From: Amoebidium appalachense
Taxonomy: Eukaryota > Protista > Ichthyosporea
Direction: 5' to 3'
Length of the DNA: 64,000 bases
Assembly: GCA_963693365.1 (NCBI GenBank)
Contig: CAVNZM010000001.1
Span: forward strand, 2,124,907 to 2,188,906
A program made the translations under genes and the position numbers. Every line of letters starts with the position of its first letter. The first letter of the stretch is position 1. Under the pieces are notes generated by a model, which saw only the letters and a program-made list of their open reading frames with translations, searched no databases and was not told the DNA's origin. Shown here piece after piece: positions 35,395 to 49,062 of this stretch.

Positions 35395-36249
35395 TCCCCC
35401 CACACCGTGCAACTTTTTCTCGCCTGGTGTGCCCAACGAGGGGTACAGGCCTCTTCCTTGGTCGGCTACAATTCAGCCATCACCAGACTCCACCTCGACA
35501 TGGGCCTCCCTGCTCCCTACCCCCACGACAAGTCTCTGGCCTGGTTCTTCCGAGGGGTGGGCAGATGGCAGCTTTCTCACAACATCCGACCCCGATCATC
35601 CACCAGGGAGCCCCTCCTGCCCTCCCACCTTAGCCTACTCCATGGCCAGTGCCCCACCAAGGCCTCCTCGGCCAATCTACGGCTATGGACGGCCCTCATC
35701 GTCGGTTTCTGTGGTCTCCTCCGTTCGGGGGAATTTACCTCCAAAACCCTGACTTCCTTTGACCCGTCCCGTCACGTTAAACGGAAAGACGTGACCTTCA
35801 CCTACACCCCCACCGGTGCTTTGTCCCATGCCACCCTCCACCTGCCAACCTCTAAGACGGATGTACAGGCCCGAGGTGTCAACGTCACTCTAGCTGCCCT
35901 GCCCTTCACCCAATTCTCCCCAGCCCATCTCCTCCGGCAGTTCCTGGATACAACGTCCGGTCAACCCAACGACCCCCTCTTCAGTCTCGGTGGCATCCCC
36001 TACACCAAGAGTGCTTTCTCTGCCGACTTCCGTGCCCTCCTCTCCCGGGCAGGCTTGTCACCCTCCCGGTTTGCCGGACACAGCCTCCGCATCGGGGGGG
36101 CCACAGCACTGGCTGAGGCCGGGGTCGACGACTCCCGGATCAAACAACTCGGCAGGTGGTCCTCCGACTGTTTCCTGATCTATACCCGACTTCGTCCGGC
36201 CTCCATTGCTGCCACTACCACACGTGTATTCGCCTCTATTCTTAAGTGA
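35395..36249 (+). pseudogene. Ngaro tyrosine recombinase catalytic domain (N-terminus at ~27740-27950, split by the Gypsy insertion)
   Basis: GLLRSGE, LPTSKTD, GHSLRIGGAT and LGRWSSDCFLIY give the R-K-H-R-W-Y catalytic set. Confidence 0.93.
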
Positions 36250-36277
36250 AACCTTTGGAGCAAGCATACTGCTCTCG

Positions 36278-36923
36278 TGCCGTGGTTTACAACCATTGCA
36301 GGTTCACTTTCGTCCAAGGGGATGTCCCCCTAGAGGCAACACACGTCCCGGAGTAGTTTTCATAGAGGTTTTATTTGTGGAAATTATTGACATAAATATT
36401 TTTCTGGGTAAACACGTAGGATGGGTGTCCGATATCAACAGGCTTCGTTTCATGTTTTAGCAGTTCGCGTTCGGCTGCCCGCATACGGGCACCTATTAGC
36501 CGATCAAAACATCAGATTCCACAGATCACTAGACCGAGTTTGATTGGCTCAGGATAAGATTTCACATAACACTAGATCGGTTTTGATTGGCTCAGTTCGG
36601 CAGCCTTAGGTATATAAGCACGACAGTTTTTAGCAGATCAGCAAGCAACAACACATCCTCTGTGTTTAGCACCTACAGCTTTACAGCTATATTTTCTTTT
36701 TCACCCACCCACCTACACCCTACACTCAACCCCCATTGATCCCCACATACGTGCTGTTTTTTCACGGGGCGAAGACTTCCCCCGTTTTTTGGGCACAAGG
36801 ACCTCACGGATCAATAAATTGATGACTGGGGGCTTGCCGTGGTTTACAACCATTGCAGGTTCACTTTCGTCCAAGGGGATGTCCCCCTAGAGGCAACACA
36901 CGTCCCGGAGTAGTTTTCATAGA
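36278..36923 (+). repeat. Split direct repeats B1 (36278-36366), A2 (36367-~36700) and B2 (36835-36923)
   Basis: The two 89-bp B copies are identical by eye, and A2 is similar to A1 at 10719. Confidence 0.93.
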
Positions 36924-37126
36924 TTTGATTGGTTTATCGATTTCACATTCCTGAGTATAAAAGGAACTTCATCTTGAAATAAATATCAAGCAGTCGAATT
37001 CATTTCCTATGGTCCCAGTAATCGTTCCACCTCTCCGGTTGTGTTTCTCCCGTGTGTCTCTGTGTTGTGTATAACATAACACCCATCTGTGCTCTCTGCT
37101 TCCCCGTTTACCCACACAAAACAACA
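36924..37126 (+). mobile_element. 3' part of another Copia-like LTR, the target of Ngaro copy 2
   Basis: Contains a TATAAAA box. Ends ctgtgctctctgct...caaaacaaca, resembling the family-B LTR end at ~8487-8525. Confidence 0.5.
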
Positions 37127-37551
37127 CGGAACGTGCGGTGCCTGTCGGCCCTCAAGTAACGGTTGGCGAGCCTGGCCGTGTATTCGAGCTCGTTCTCGGC
37201 CCGGGTAAAGGCCTCGAGCTCCCCGTCGACGCCGTCGGTGTGAGTCTCGTCCTCGTCGTCAGGGATGAACCGTGCTGCCAGACGTTTCTGGCCGAGCGTA
37301 CGGGTGACCATCTCGTCGCGCTCCTCGTCGTACTGTTGCTCGTATATACGAGCCGGGGGGTTTACGCTGTTTACTCGAGGCAAAGAGAACCAGTCTCAGG
37401 TATGGGGGGGGGGGTTTTGCTCGGAATATCCCCTCAGCGGTATATCATGATCACGTACATAGATGTCGGGTGGTGACTATATATCAGGGTTTACTTTCTC
37501 TACGAAACACCATAAAGACTACAAGGAGAAATCAATTAGTTGGGGTTCCCC

Positions 37552-37605
<54 letters not shown>

Positions 37606-37688
37606 GGGCTCCCCTCGGGACACTCGGTATCAGCTGGTTGTGTGTGTGTGTGTGTGTGTGTGTGTTTGTGTGTGTGTGCGCGCGTGCG

Positions 37689-40600
37689 CTATAATTTTGT
37701 AGTGATGTGTTTCTCAAGCCAATCAATACATCTAATAAACAGGTCGTAGTTACGCGTGTTTAGTATAAAATCAAGGATGTTGTAATTTACAGGTAGGCTA
37801 TCTTTCTGGGTGTCTGTTGTGAATGTGACGTGTGTGTGTTGCGGTATTATGTGGTCTATCAAACTACATTTGGCGATACATGACCGGTTAAACTGGTGTG
37901 TGTGTGTGTTGTTTGGGCATGCAAATGATGCCACCTTATACTTATTAGATCTCCACTGTATAGCACGTGTACAGTAAAAGCGTGGTAATTGATCAATAAT
38001 ACCATCAGCTAGAGAAAGACCAGTTCTACAGGAAGGTAATATGTATTTAGGTGTTATACACTTGCGAGTGCCATATTTGGCAATATGGTTGAGGCGGTCA
38101 GTATATATAAAACGAGACATAAGGCTTAGTTTTTCAAGGTGTATGCTTTCATCGGGTCTAGTGTCGTGTGGTATCTTTTTCCATTTGTTATATTGCGTGA
38201 TTATCTTGTGATTGTGTACATGTTTAATAAGTAAGTGGCAGTCCAAAGTCACACACACACTATTGCGGGGTTTATTTGTATTTGTGCCCAGGGGAGAAGG
38301 GGAGAGAGAGGGGGGGAAAGAGGGGAGAGGTGAGGAGGGGACAGGTCGGATAGAGAAGAGAGGGTGGGAGGGCAAATACTTCTTTAAGCGGCTTATGTGC
38401 TTATTGAATTTCAGCGCGAGATAGGATACTCTAGCAGCTATTGGGACCAGACCATATATCGAGAGCGTTACAGGCCCAGGTTTACAACAGTTGTTAGATA
38501 GAAAGGAGGCAACTTCTGCTTCAAGGAAATTTGCCAAGGGTTTAAGCGCTCTAGTTCTCTCTTTCTTGATCCAAGCGGCGAGAAGGGGTAAACCATATTC
38601 ACATGCCGGGAAGACAAAAGTGCGAATAAATGTAAGTCTAATAGAAGGATGGAGGGGTGTGTCTTTAAAAATATTAGCCGAGAAGAAAGCTAACCGCTTA
38701 CGAGCCAACTCTACCCTCTTTTCGACCATATGGGGAAACATAACACCAACAGAATCAACCGGAACACCAAGATATTTGTATTCTGGAACTATAGGTACAG
38801 GTTTAGATGATAATGTAAATGTGTGTAAATTGTTAGCTATATCAGGTACAAGAACACCACATTTGTCTATGTTAAGGATCATAAGGTTTGCCTTGCACCA
38901 CTCTGACACTACATCGAACAATCTTTGCAGGCGTCTAGGGGTACGGGCAAGGAGGGACAGATCATCAGCATAGAGAAGTGCAGGCGGAAAGTTATTAATA
39001 GGGTCATCGTTTTCGGCGTAAATCTTGACAGCCAAATCATCTATAAATAGGTTAAACAAAAAGGGGCTAAGCAATGAACCCTGCAAGAGACCTCTAGTAC
39101 GAGCAAAACCATATGAAAGATGCCCATTAACCACAGCTCTACCATAGGTTTGAGACAAGAGTGCTTCTAACAGAACACCAATGCAGTGTGGTACACCCCG
39201 TGCAGCAAGCTTTTCCCATAGGAGACCAGGGGAGACAGAATCGTAAGCAGTTTTCCAATCAATAAAGCCAACATATTGTGCACCAACTTGCATAGAATCG
39301 TGCAGTGCCATTATTTGAACATAACATGAATTGTTTTTACGAAAAGCGGATTGGCATGGGTGTATGTGAAGAATAGATTGAAACCTAGGGTGATGTGCAA
39401 ATAACCTAAGTAAGCAAGCTTCAAAGAATCTACGAACAACCTGGGTTAGTGTAATGGGGCGAAACTTTAAGGATGATATGGGGCCCTCAGAGTCCTTCTT
39501 AACTATGGGGATCACTAAGGTATCTAACCAAGATGACGGGACATGTCCACATTTAACACACCAAGAAAAGAGAGAGCTTAACATGATAGTAAGATCAGGT
39601 TTAATAGCACGATCACTTTCCTTTTGTGGGTAGGAGGGAACAAGGATTTTAAGAAACCCAGCAGGGAGTCCATCAGGTCCACAAGACTTACTAGAGCTAT
39701 AACTAGATATCACAGACCATATGGCATCGGGACTGAAAAAGGGGAGGATCGATTCTATGGGGATAGATGGGTCTACAGGCCACACAATAGGTTTCTGAGC
39801 GGGGGTCCTATCTTTAAACAGTTCCGAGAAATACTTATCAGAGTCTATGAGGGGGTCTCCAGTGGTATCACCAATAATACGAGCAGGGGGGCCAAATCGA
39901 TTCATACTAGCAAGCCGGCGCAAGCTTTCCTTTTGAGACAGGGGTTCACCTAGTCTAGCGGGAGTGGTGTTTGGTAACAAGAGAGCATCGGGATATTCCT
40001 TCCTACCACCGCCAGCATAATCACCGAGATCTATCAAATCATCAACAATAAAGTTAGTGCATGTATCTAGTACGAGATGTGAATCTGGCCTGGCTTGTGC
40101 AGATTCTAATAGGCGCATATATATAGGGTGTTTCGTAGCATAGCATACACATACATCAACTCTACCCCACTGTGACTTAAGCTGGGATAGACGGAGGCGA
40201 AAGGTGGGAGGGGGAGGGGGGAGCAGATCAAGGGAGATCTTAGGTAGGAAAAGGATAGGAGAGTGGTCAGATGACCTAGAGAGGTTAGGAGGGAGAGAGA
40301 GTTTTGACATGGTTGATGGCCAAAAGGCCACTCCCCAGTCGGTGTTGTGGGCATGGGATATTTGAGGGAACCGCAAAGTGTGACTTTGGACATACCTTGC
40401 TAAAGGGATAGCACGCTCCGGGGGCTTAGATGGGTACCCGACACTCACTTGCAGTGTGTCTGTGTGGTGGAGTCGCGTGTTAAAATCACCTAAAATAACA
40501 GTGGACATTGGTAACTGTGACAACTCGTGAGTCAATTCGACAACCGACATAGATGGTGGGTAATATACAAAAGTAAAAACATTAGAAAGAAACTCTATAG

Positions 40601-40889
40601 AAACCGAGAATTCCGTTTTTGCTACCGGTTTGCACTTCACTCTCACGTGTGGTGCGGCAAGTACAATAATGCCTCGGTTTTTCGCGTAACCGGGGTGTGT
40701 GGATGTGTCGACCAATGTAGAGTTGAATTTGTGGTGGTTTTTAAACTGTGTTTCGCAAATCACTGTAAACGTGTGGTTGTTTGTCTGTTGTTGTATGTAG
40801 CTGATTTTATCGTCGAGTGTCCCGGGGGGGAGGCCCTTTTGGGGGCCCAGTGTCCGAGCATTCCAGAAGAAGAAGGATAAATTAGGCAT
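37689..40889 (-). CDS. LINE ORF2: APE endonuclease plus reverse transcriptase
   Basis: FWNARTL, ICETQ, LGDFN, SDHSPI; GPDG, FRPITL, FIDWKTAYDSV, GLLQGSLLSPFLFNLFIDDL, LLYADDL, YKYLGV. Confidence 0.96.
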   Translation of the reverse strand: MPNLSFFFWNARTLGPQKGLPPGTLDDKISYIQQQTNNHTFTVICETQFKNHHKFNSTLVDTSTHPGYAKNRGIIVLAAPHVRVKCKPVAKTEFSVSIEFLSNVFTFVYYPPSMSVVELTHELSQLPMSTVILGDFNTRLHHTDTLQVSVGYPSKPPERAIPLARYVQSHTLRFPQISHAHNTDWGVAFWPSTMSKLSLPPNLSRSSDHSPILFLPKISLDLLPPPPPTFRLRLSQLKSQWGRVDVCVCYATKHPIYMRLLESAQARPDSHLVLDTCTNFIVDDLIDLGDYAGGGRKEYPDALLLPNTTPARLGEPLSQKESLRRLASMNRFGPPARIIGDTTGDPLIDSDKYFSELFKDRTPAQKPIVWPVDPSIPIESILPFFSPDAIWSVISSYSSSKSCGPDGLPAGFLKILVPSYPQKESDRAIKPDLTIMLSSLFSWCVKCGHVPSSWLDTLVIPIVKKDSEGPISSLKFRPITLTQVVRRFFEACLLRLFAHHPRFQSILHIHPCQSAFRKNNSCYVQIMALHDSMQVGAQYVGFIDWKTAYDSVSPGLLWEKLAARGVPHCIGVLLEALLSQTYGRAVVNGHLSYGFARTRGLLQGSLLSPFLFNLFIDDLAVKIYAENDDPINNFPPALLYADDLSLLARTPRRLQRLFDVVSEWCKANLMILNIDKCGVLVPDIANNLHTFTLSSKPVPIVPEYKYLGVPVDSVGVMFPHMVEKRVELARKRLAFFSANIFKDTPLHPSIRLTFIRTFVFPACEYGLPLLAAWIKKERTRALKPLANFLEAEVASFLSNNCCKPGPVTLSIYGLVPIAARVSYLALKFNKHISRLKKYLPSHPLFSIRPVPSSPLPSFPPSLSPSPLGTNTNKPRNSVCVTLDCHLLIKHVHNHKIITQYNKWKKIPHDTRPDESIHLEKLSLMSRFIYTDRLNHIAKYGTRKCITPKYILPSCRTGLSLADGIIDQLPRFYCTRAIQWRSNKYKVASFACPNNTHTHQFNRSCIAKCSLIDHIIPQHTHVTFTTDTQKDSLPVNYNILDFILNTRNYDLFIRCIDWLEKHITTKL

Positions 40890-42066
40890 CGGTTTGGTCC
40901 GACACCTGTGGGGTTGGTTCCCACTTGTCGCTTACGGGGTCGTATGCACGACCTTCCGCCAGCGCGAACAGTTCGCAGAAGAGCTCGATTTCCATCTCGC
41001 ATCGGCGTTTGCGCTCGAGCAGTTTCTCACCAGAAAACATTGGTTCCTTCGTGTCCGTGTCTATCACGCTCGTAGCATCGTTTTCCAACTTTGCGAGGAA
41101 CTCTTTTGCCTTGCTGATGCGTACACGACAACGTGTGGCGCACGCATTCTTAGCAGACACTTTACGTTCTTTGTCTGCTTTCTGAATGTTTTCCGGCGCG
41201 CATGGGTCGTAGCTTGGGAGGTGGGTGAAGAAGCTTCCACACCCCTTTGTCGCGTCACGGATGAACGCACGGTTATAGTCGCCCCGTACTGCTACTTCCA
41301 GCACATCGTGTCCAATGAAGGACAGACAAAGGATGCGAGAGCACCGGAAGCCGAGAGCCTTGAAGATGGACCACATGGCCCTGTGTGGGCGTCTGCCGTG
41401 CTTGACTTTGAAATACACCCTCTCGTATTTGGGTGGGATGTTGATGTTACCGTTTGCTTGGGTGTTCCCCTTAGCCGGCGGTTTGGGAGGGGAGTTGCGG
41501 CGGTACTCGTTGCCTGCAAGAATGCTGGCATATGTTTCCTTGGCAATTTGGCGGAGCTCGGGTGTTTCACGAGAGTTCGCATATTCTAGGAACTCTGCCG
41601 GGAGCTGTGCTTCCGGTCCTGTGTTGTTTTGTGTTGGGGTGGAAATGTCTCCGTCGCGAGATGTTTGCTCATGAGTTTTGGGGTTTTGCGATCCACTAAT
41701 GTTTAGCTGGGCTGTGAGTGAATCAATGGTGAGCTTGAGTTGGGTATTTTCTGTTTGGAGTTTTTCTATCATGTTCTTGAGTGGTAACAGCTCATTTAGC
41801 TGTTTCTTAACGAGGGCAAGTTCTGCCAGTACTGTATCAACCGAAAGTTTCGGCATGGTTGTTATTGTGTTTCTACGGAGTGGTGTGGTGTTATTCTGAA
41901 TGGGTAGTGTATTGTAAATAGGTGTTGCGCTTAGTCTAAGGCGATGTTTTTCTGGTTGTGCATCTGTGGTAGGTGTATCTGCTGGACGTTTTAATGGTCG
42001 CACATGTGTGATGGGTGTAGATGGAACTTTGAAAGAGGTTCTGAAACGATTATAGGCATGTGCCAT
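40882..42066 (-). CDS. LINE ORF1 (coiled coil, no CCHC)
   Basis: A 394-aa ORF directly upstream of ORF2, with the heptad stretch IEKLQTENTQLKLTIDSLTAQL and a TYASI motif. Confidence 0.85.
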   Translation of the reverse strand: MAHAYNRFRTSFKVPSTPITHVRPLKRPADTPTTDAQPEKHRLRLSATPIYNTLPIQNNTTPLRRNTITTMPKLSVDTVLAELALVKKQLNELLPLKNMIEKLQTENTQLKLTIDSLTAQLNISGSQNPKTHEQTSRDGDISTPTQNNTGPEAQLPAEFLEYANSRETPELRQIAKETYASILAGNEYRRNSPPKPPAKGNTQANGNINIPPKYERVYFKVKHGRRPHRAMWSIFKALGFRCSRILCLSFIGHDVLEVAVRGDYNRAFIRDATKGCGSFFTHLPSYDPCAPENIQKADKERKVSAKNACATRCRVRISKAKEFLAKLENDATSVIDTDTKEPMFSGEKLLERKRRCEMEIELFCELFALAEGRAYDPVSDKWEPTPQVSDQTDA

Positions 42067-42559
42067 GACATGGATGGGGGTGTTCCCCGGCCCTTAGGGC
42101 CACGGATGGCCTGGTTTAGGGGTGGATGCGCGAAGGATACTATTTATTAGCAGATAATAAAGAGCGACATTTGAATCGATGTGTGCGACTGAATCGATGT
42201 GTTTATAGTTATTTTAAACATGATTTGAATGGTGCCGCCTACGAAGTATATGGAGTACTGACTGGGCTCACCCCGTGTGCCCGAACACTCCCGCTCTTCC
42301 GTGACACCGCCACCATCAAAAAGCGAATTTGGCTGCCGCCGCAGGAGTGATCATCTAAATTCCCCCTTTTAGAAAAAAAATTGAGAGCTACCTACCTCAG
42401 AATGTATCAGCTGTAGGTGTACATGGTGTGCATGCATGTATGCCCACAGTCTGGTTACTTCAAAGGTCCTGTGATGCCTGTGCTCTGCTGCTGGTTTGAA
42501 CCACCACCAGTGGCATATGTGGGTGGCACGGTATCGGACCATGTACACGTGTGTGTACG

Positions 42560-44700
<2,141 letters not shown>

Positions 44701-45180
44701 AGTACTTACGTTTGCTACACATGATTTGTTATTCGTGTGAATAATCGGCCGAGTTTATTTATGTTCGATGATTAGCATATCCGATAGACTTTTTTACGTG
44801 CAATCCTTGTTTCTGGCGTATGCATACAGCACTAAGAACGAGAGTACTGTACTTAATAACTCACATATTTTAGTATCTTAATATTTAGTGCCTGACACAC
44901 CTAAGCTTGTTATACATCATTCAAGTAATTTAATTCATGATCATAAGGCTTATAATATCACGCCGCAGACAACCCCTTAGCCATACTTGTTTGGAGTCTG
45001 AATGATTACGCTTAGGATTTCGCACTCTGTATTTCTCATAGATGAAAACTGATGAACTTCTAATACATAGCACACACAGCTCTTGTATTTCTAATAAAAA
45101 AAAACTTATGAATGTTCAATTAGCACACATCAACTCTGGTATTTCTAATAGATAAAAACCAGTAAATTTTCATTTACACG

Positions 45181-46281
45181 TTAACGCCTGCGGGTGATTT
45201 CCGGCAACAACGATTTCCAATCAACCTTAACCAAACTGTACTCACACGCTATACCACCGCCAAATTTGGTGTTTGGCTCCTTATGGAAAATTTCCATTTG
45301 CTCCTGCTCGTAAAGAAGCGTGAAAAATCTATCAACCTGTTCGGGTGAGGGTTTAAAGTGACTTGCCATATGAAGCTCTATCTGCATTTGGTCAACAGGG
45401 GGAAACATACCCCTCTCCAATAAAGGCAAGAGAACTTCCATCTCGCTCCCTTCGATGTCTATCTTAAAGATATCGATATGTTCGTGTCCCAATTCCTGCA
45501 TTATCGTTTTGATGGTCTTGTGAGGGACCCTGTTCCTCAGCGTGGCGTTCCGGTCGTCTGCAGAAATGAAATACTGGTGATAGTTGACAAAACCCGGTTT
45601 TCCGACGGGATACCCGAAATCGAACGTGTGCAACTCAACCTGTTTTGCAAAATGTTGGTGCATAGCAAGCTCAAAACTGAAATCATTGTTGGAACCGAGG
45701 GAATACACAATAGCGGGCCTCTTGATGCGATGCGGGTTACATATCCACTTCCCACCATCACCCCAGTGCCCCAGGCGTCTCTCATAGGGACAACTGAATG
45801 TAGGCTCCCAATTATCCTGAAAGTATGCGTTCCCTTCTTTTCTACTTCCGGCCCAATTGAAGTTAGCTCTACTCATAGCCATAGGCATGTTGATCTGGCG
45901 CTTAAACTGCTTGTTGCGAATGAGTCTACGGACCTTCCACCCTTCTACCGTGTCTTTGTGTAGCCCCAGTGTAATAAGTCGGTCGTCTTCATCAATTTTG
46001 CTGGGGTCCGCATCTGATTCCAAGTTCACCTCTGTCGTATTCGTGGGACCATGATCATAATGGATAGTATTACCCGCCAGTAGTGCACGTGGTGTGTGCC
46101 ATTTGTTCGAGTGTGCCACAAAGGAAATGCACAAAAGCAGTAGAACGCAGGCTGCAACAACTCGGTTTCGTTGGGCAGAATTTGACGCGCTGGTGTAAAT
46201 TCCCTTCAACCTTTCTGACATTTTGTAATTTTTCTTGTTACTGACTGCCGTCAACGTAACACTGATTTTGGGGTTCTCCAT
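45181..46281 (-). CDS. METTL24/FkbM-like SAM-dependent methyltransferase with an N-terminal signal anchor; intronless
   Basis: EPTFSCPYERRLGHWGDGGKWIC, VYSLGSNNDFSFE, IDIFKIDIEGSE, QMQIELH; hydrophobic stretch VVAACVLLLLCISFVA. The start could be 46281 or 46221. Confidence 0.85.
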   Translation of the reverse strand: MENPKISVTLTAVSNKKNYKMSERLKGIYTSASNSAQRNRVVAACVLLLLCISFVAHSNKWHTPRALLAGNTIHYDHGPTNTTEVNLESDADPSKIDEDDRLITLGLHKDTVEGWKVRRLIRNKQFKRQINMPMAMSRANFNWAGSRKEGNAYFQDNWEPTFSCPYERRLGHWGDGGKWICNPHRIKRPAIVYSLGSNNDFSFELAMHQHFAKQVELHTFDFGYPVGKPGFVNYHQYFISADDRNATLRNRVPHKTIKTIMQELGHEHIDIFKIDIEGSEMEVLLPLLERGMFPPVDQMQIELHMASHFKPSPEQVDRFFTLLYEQEQMEIFHKEPNTKFGGGIACEYSLVKVDWKSLLPEITRRR

Positions 46282-48702
46282 GAGGTGCACTTTTACATAA
46301 ATGTATCAGTAGAACTGCGCTAACATGTGGATATTGATCCCAAAAAGATACATGCGTAGTTGCAAGCGCTTGAGTGAGCAGGCCCCCTTTTCCCCAGAAA
46401 TTTCAGTGACCGTGGAGAAAGATTTTCCCTTCAGCTCGTACGCGCCCGTAACAACGTAAAAAACCATTCGTCTACTAATACTCATGCATTAAATACATGC
46501 GTGCATGTGGCGGAAATGGGTCACCGTACCGTCGTGGTCACGGTTAGTAGTGTTGCCCTGCCAACGTTATCGGCGTATCTCAGTGAATTTTCAATGATTA
46601 GATAAAATAAATAAATTCAAGTGTCCGTGCATGCAGGGGGACTTCTCTCAATGGTTGGTTGGTTGTACATTCATCATAGCAGTCTTGAAAATCTAAAAAA
46701 GGCAAGGTGAAAACTTTTTTTTGACACTCACAGAGGTTAATAAGCAAAGCCTAGCACTAAGGCTAACACAAGCGCTTGAGTGGTGCAAGCTAATTTGTGC
46801 AACAAATTTATATCTTCGCCCTTTCAATTTTAGGAAATTTGTGTATCCAGGTGCCATTGTGCCCGGAAGCCCCCTAGAACATGTGTACAATGAACCAGCA
46901 CAGTGCACGTCACTCACATCGGAAAACAGATCGCATAAACCCATAAAAGTCTTTATTTTCTATGCTGTAGAACATGTTTCATATAGCCTTACACATTTTA
47001 TGACACTAAAATAATATGCTTAAATTCTGAATTCACAAGTTTATCTATTTGCTGCGATGATTGATGCACGTAAACTTATACGAGACTCCTGACCCCCTAG
47101 AGTCGCAGGCCTCCGAGTGACCAATCCGCGCACATCACCCACGCAAATAGATCCACAAAGATCTAAAACAAACATGTGAAAACATATCAGAGCTAATAGA
47201 CAGCGCTATGAGTGGCACACGGGCATACATAGATACGGTAACATAACATAACTATAACGTTAATTTACTGCCTTATATTTCCTTCTTTTGCTTGTGCATG
47301 GTACTTCACCGTTGTAATGCATTTTCAATCCGTGCCCTGGCATGCCCTTGCCCTGGCTGTATGTACTACTACTACATAGTTTTCTTGCAGCCTCTCCGAG
47401 TCGATCCTGATGATGATGATCGATGGTGCCGGCCGGAGTTGATGTGGCAGAGACAAATGTACACTGTACCCGTCTCTGTACACGTGGATCGATCAACTTG
47501 AGTACGGTCACATGCACATGTACGTAATATTCTAGACTGAGTAATTTTGACCTTGACTGGAAGGTAGGTGTCAGTGGAGGGAGGGGGGGCCGGGACGGGC
47601 GTCGGGGTGGGCGGGGAGACTGGGGGGGGGGGAGGGGGGGGGGGGACAGTCGTGAGTGAGTACATCCTCCGGCGGATGGGTGGATACTCAACCGCACCCG
47701 TGGTACATGGTGGTCCCCGAGGGGAGGATCCTTGGATTCAGTCATCCTACACTCTCGTACCGTTCGGACGGTGGCAGGATTGATTAAATATTTAGTTTTA
47801 TTAGTATGATCATTAGGCTGACAAAGGCTGTATGCAGTTACGTATACCATGACGATAATATAAATTGATGCAATTGACATATTTTAAAGCCATGCAGCAC
47901 ACAGTTCCAGTTCAAAACTAACTTAAATAGTTTCCATACGATATTGTGCACGTGGCTTCTGATTCAAATTCTCTCCTTCCCCAGATCTAGATCTCAGAAC
48001 CCCCCCCTCCCCCCCCCCCCCCCTCCCCCCCCCCCCCTGCGGCCACGCTTCAACTAACGCAGAGTGCTCGGGGCCGGGGGGGAAGGGGGAGGCATCGTGA
48101 GCACAAAATGCGCGTCAGATCTCCAGAAATTCCGGATACCAAGGGAAGCTTCATTCAGAACTGCGTACCTTGATGCTGAATCCTGATACTATCACCGTAG
48201 TAAACTATTTTTCTGTCTCCCATTGCACATGCTGCTCTGTTGCGTGTTAAAACACCACCTATTGTAACAACGTGCACAAAACTACCCACAAAATCCAACT
48301 AACTTTTCGAGCTGTGCCAACCGAAACAAGTTCCACTTAAACAAAAAAGGAAACGAGGGAGACCAGACAAAACTAAATAGATATCCCAGTGGCACCCTAT
48401 GGTAAGTAAACTTTAGAAGCCGAAACTAGAATCTCAAGCATGCCACGATTCAACCATCAAAACATCGCCAGATAAGTGCATGTGTATTTCCGAAACCCAA
48501 ACGGCTGAACCTCAAGCTTGTGTACACATGGCAAGAGAATGAACCCCAAAGTAAACATACCGAGCGTTATGAACAATATCACACATGCTTTGGTTGAAGT
48601 GGGGTCGAATCGGGGGAAGGGGAGAGGAACTGAAAGGGGATCATTGACCCGAAAGCAAGAAAGCGGAAATTAGACGAGGATGAAGGAGGGAGAGGGAGGT
48701 AA

Positions 48703-48738
<36 letters not shown>

Positions 48739-49062
48739 ATCAAACATCAAAGGAACGAAACAAACAGCAAATAACCCTATAAACAACCAGGTTCAGCAAT
48801 CAAAAGAATGAGCACTCTATTCGATATCAAACAAGTACTGTGAATACTGGCATGTATGCGTAAGTTCCTATATTATGTGTTGTGAAAGTGGCATGGGCCA
48901 AACTATATACACAAAGCATTCATATCCAAACCGGTAATTTTAGACCACACACACCCTTCAGACCCCACAACGTACCACTTTAAAGAGGGGGGAAGGGGGG
49001 GGGAGGGGGGGGGGGATCTGGTTGGAAACTCAAATTTCCCGCCTAATGTGCATGCCGGCTGC

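Larger units (their letters stand above)
25819..36923 (+). mobile_element. Ngaro copy 2: ORF1, RT/RNase H largely deleted, YR interrupted by a Gypsy insertion, complete B1-A2-B2 3' end
   Basis: Collinear with copy 1. A junction near 27610 removes ~1.4 kb of RT-RH. Split direct repeats at 36278-36923. Confidence 0.9.
37553..42081 (-). mobile_element. Apparently intact two-ORF LINE with poly(A) tail
   Basis: Poly-T at 37553-37601 on the plus strand; candidate 8-bp TSD GTTCCCCG at 37545-37552 and 42082-42089; ORF1 and ORF2 overlap by 8 nt. Confidence 0.9.

Noticed and set aside
35395-36249. Prophage integrase
   Set aside because: It is linked to RT-RNase H and split direct repeats, so it is the Ngaro tyrosine recombinase.
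45021-45160. Three ~50-bp imperfect repeats downstream of the methyltransferase (a comparable short pair lies at 50490-50580)
   Set aside because: These are short local duplications with no further structure.
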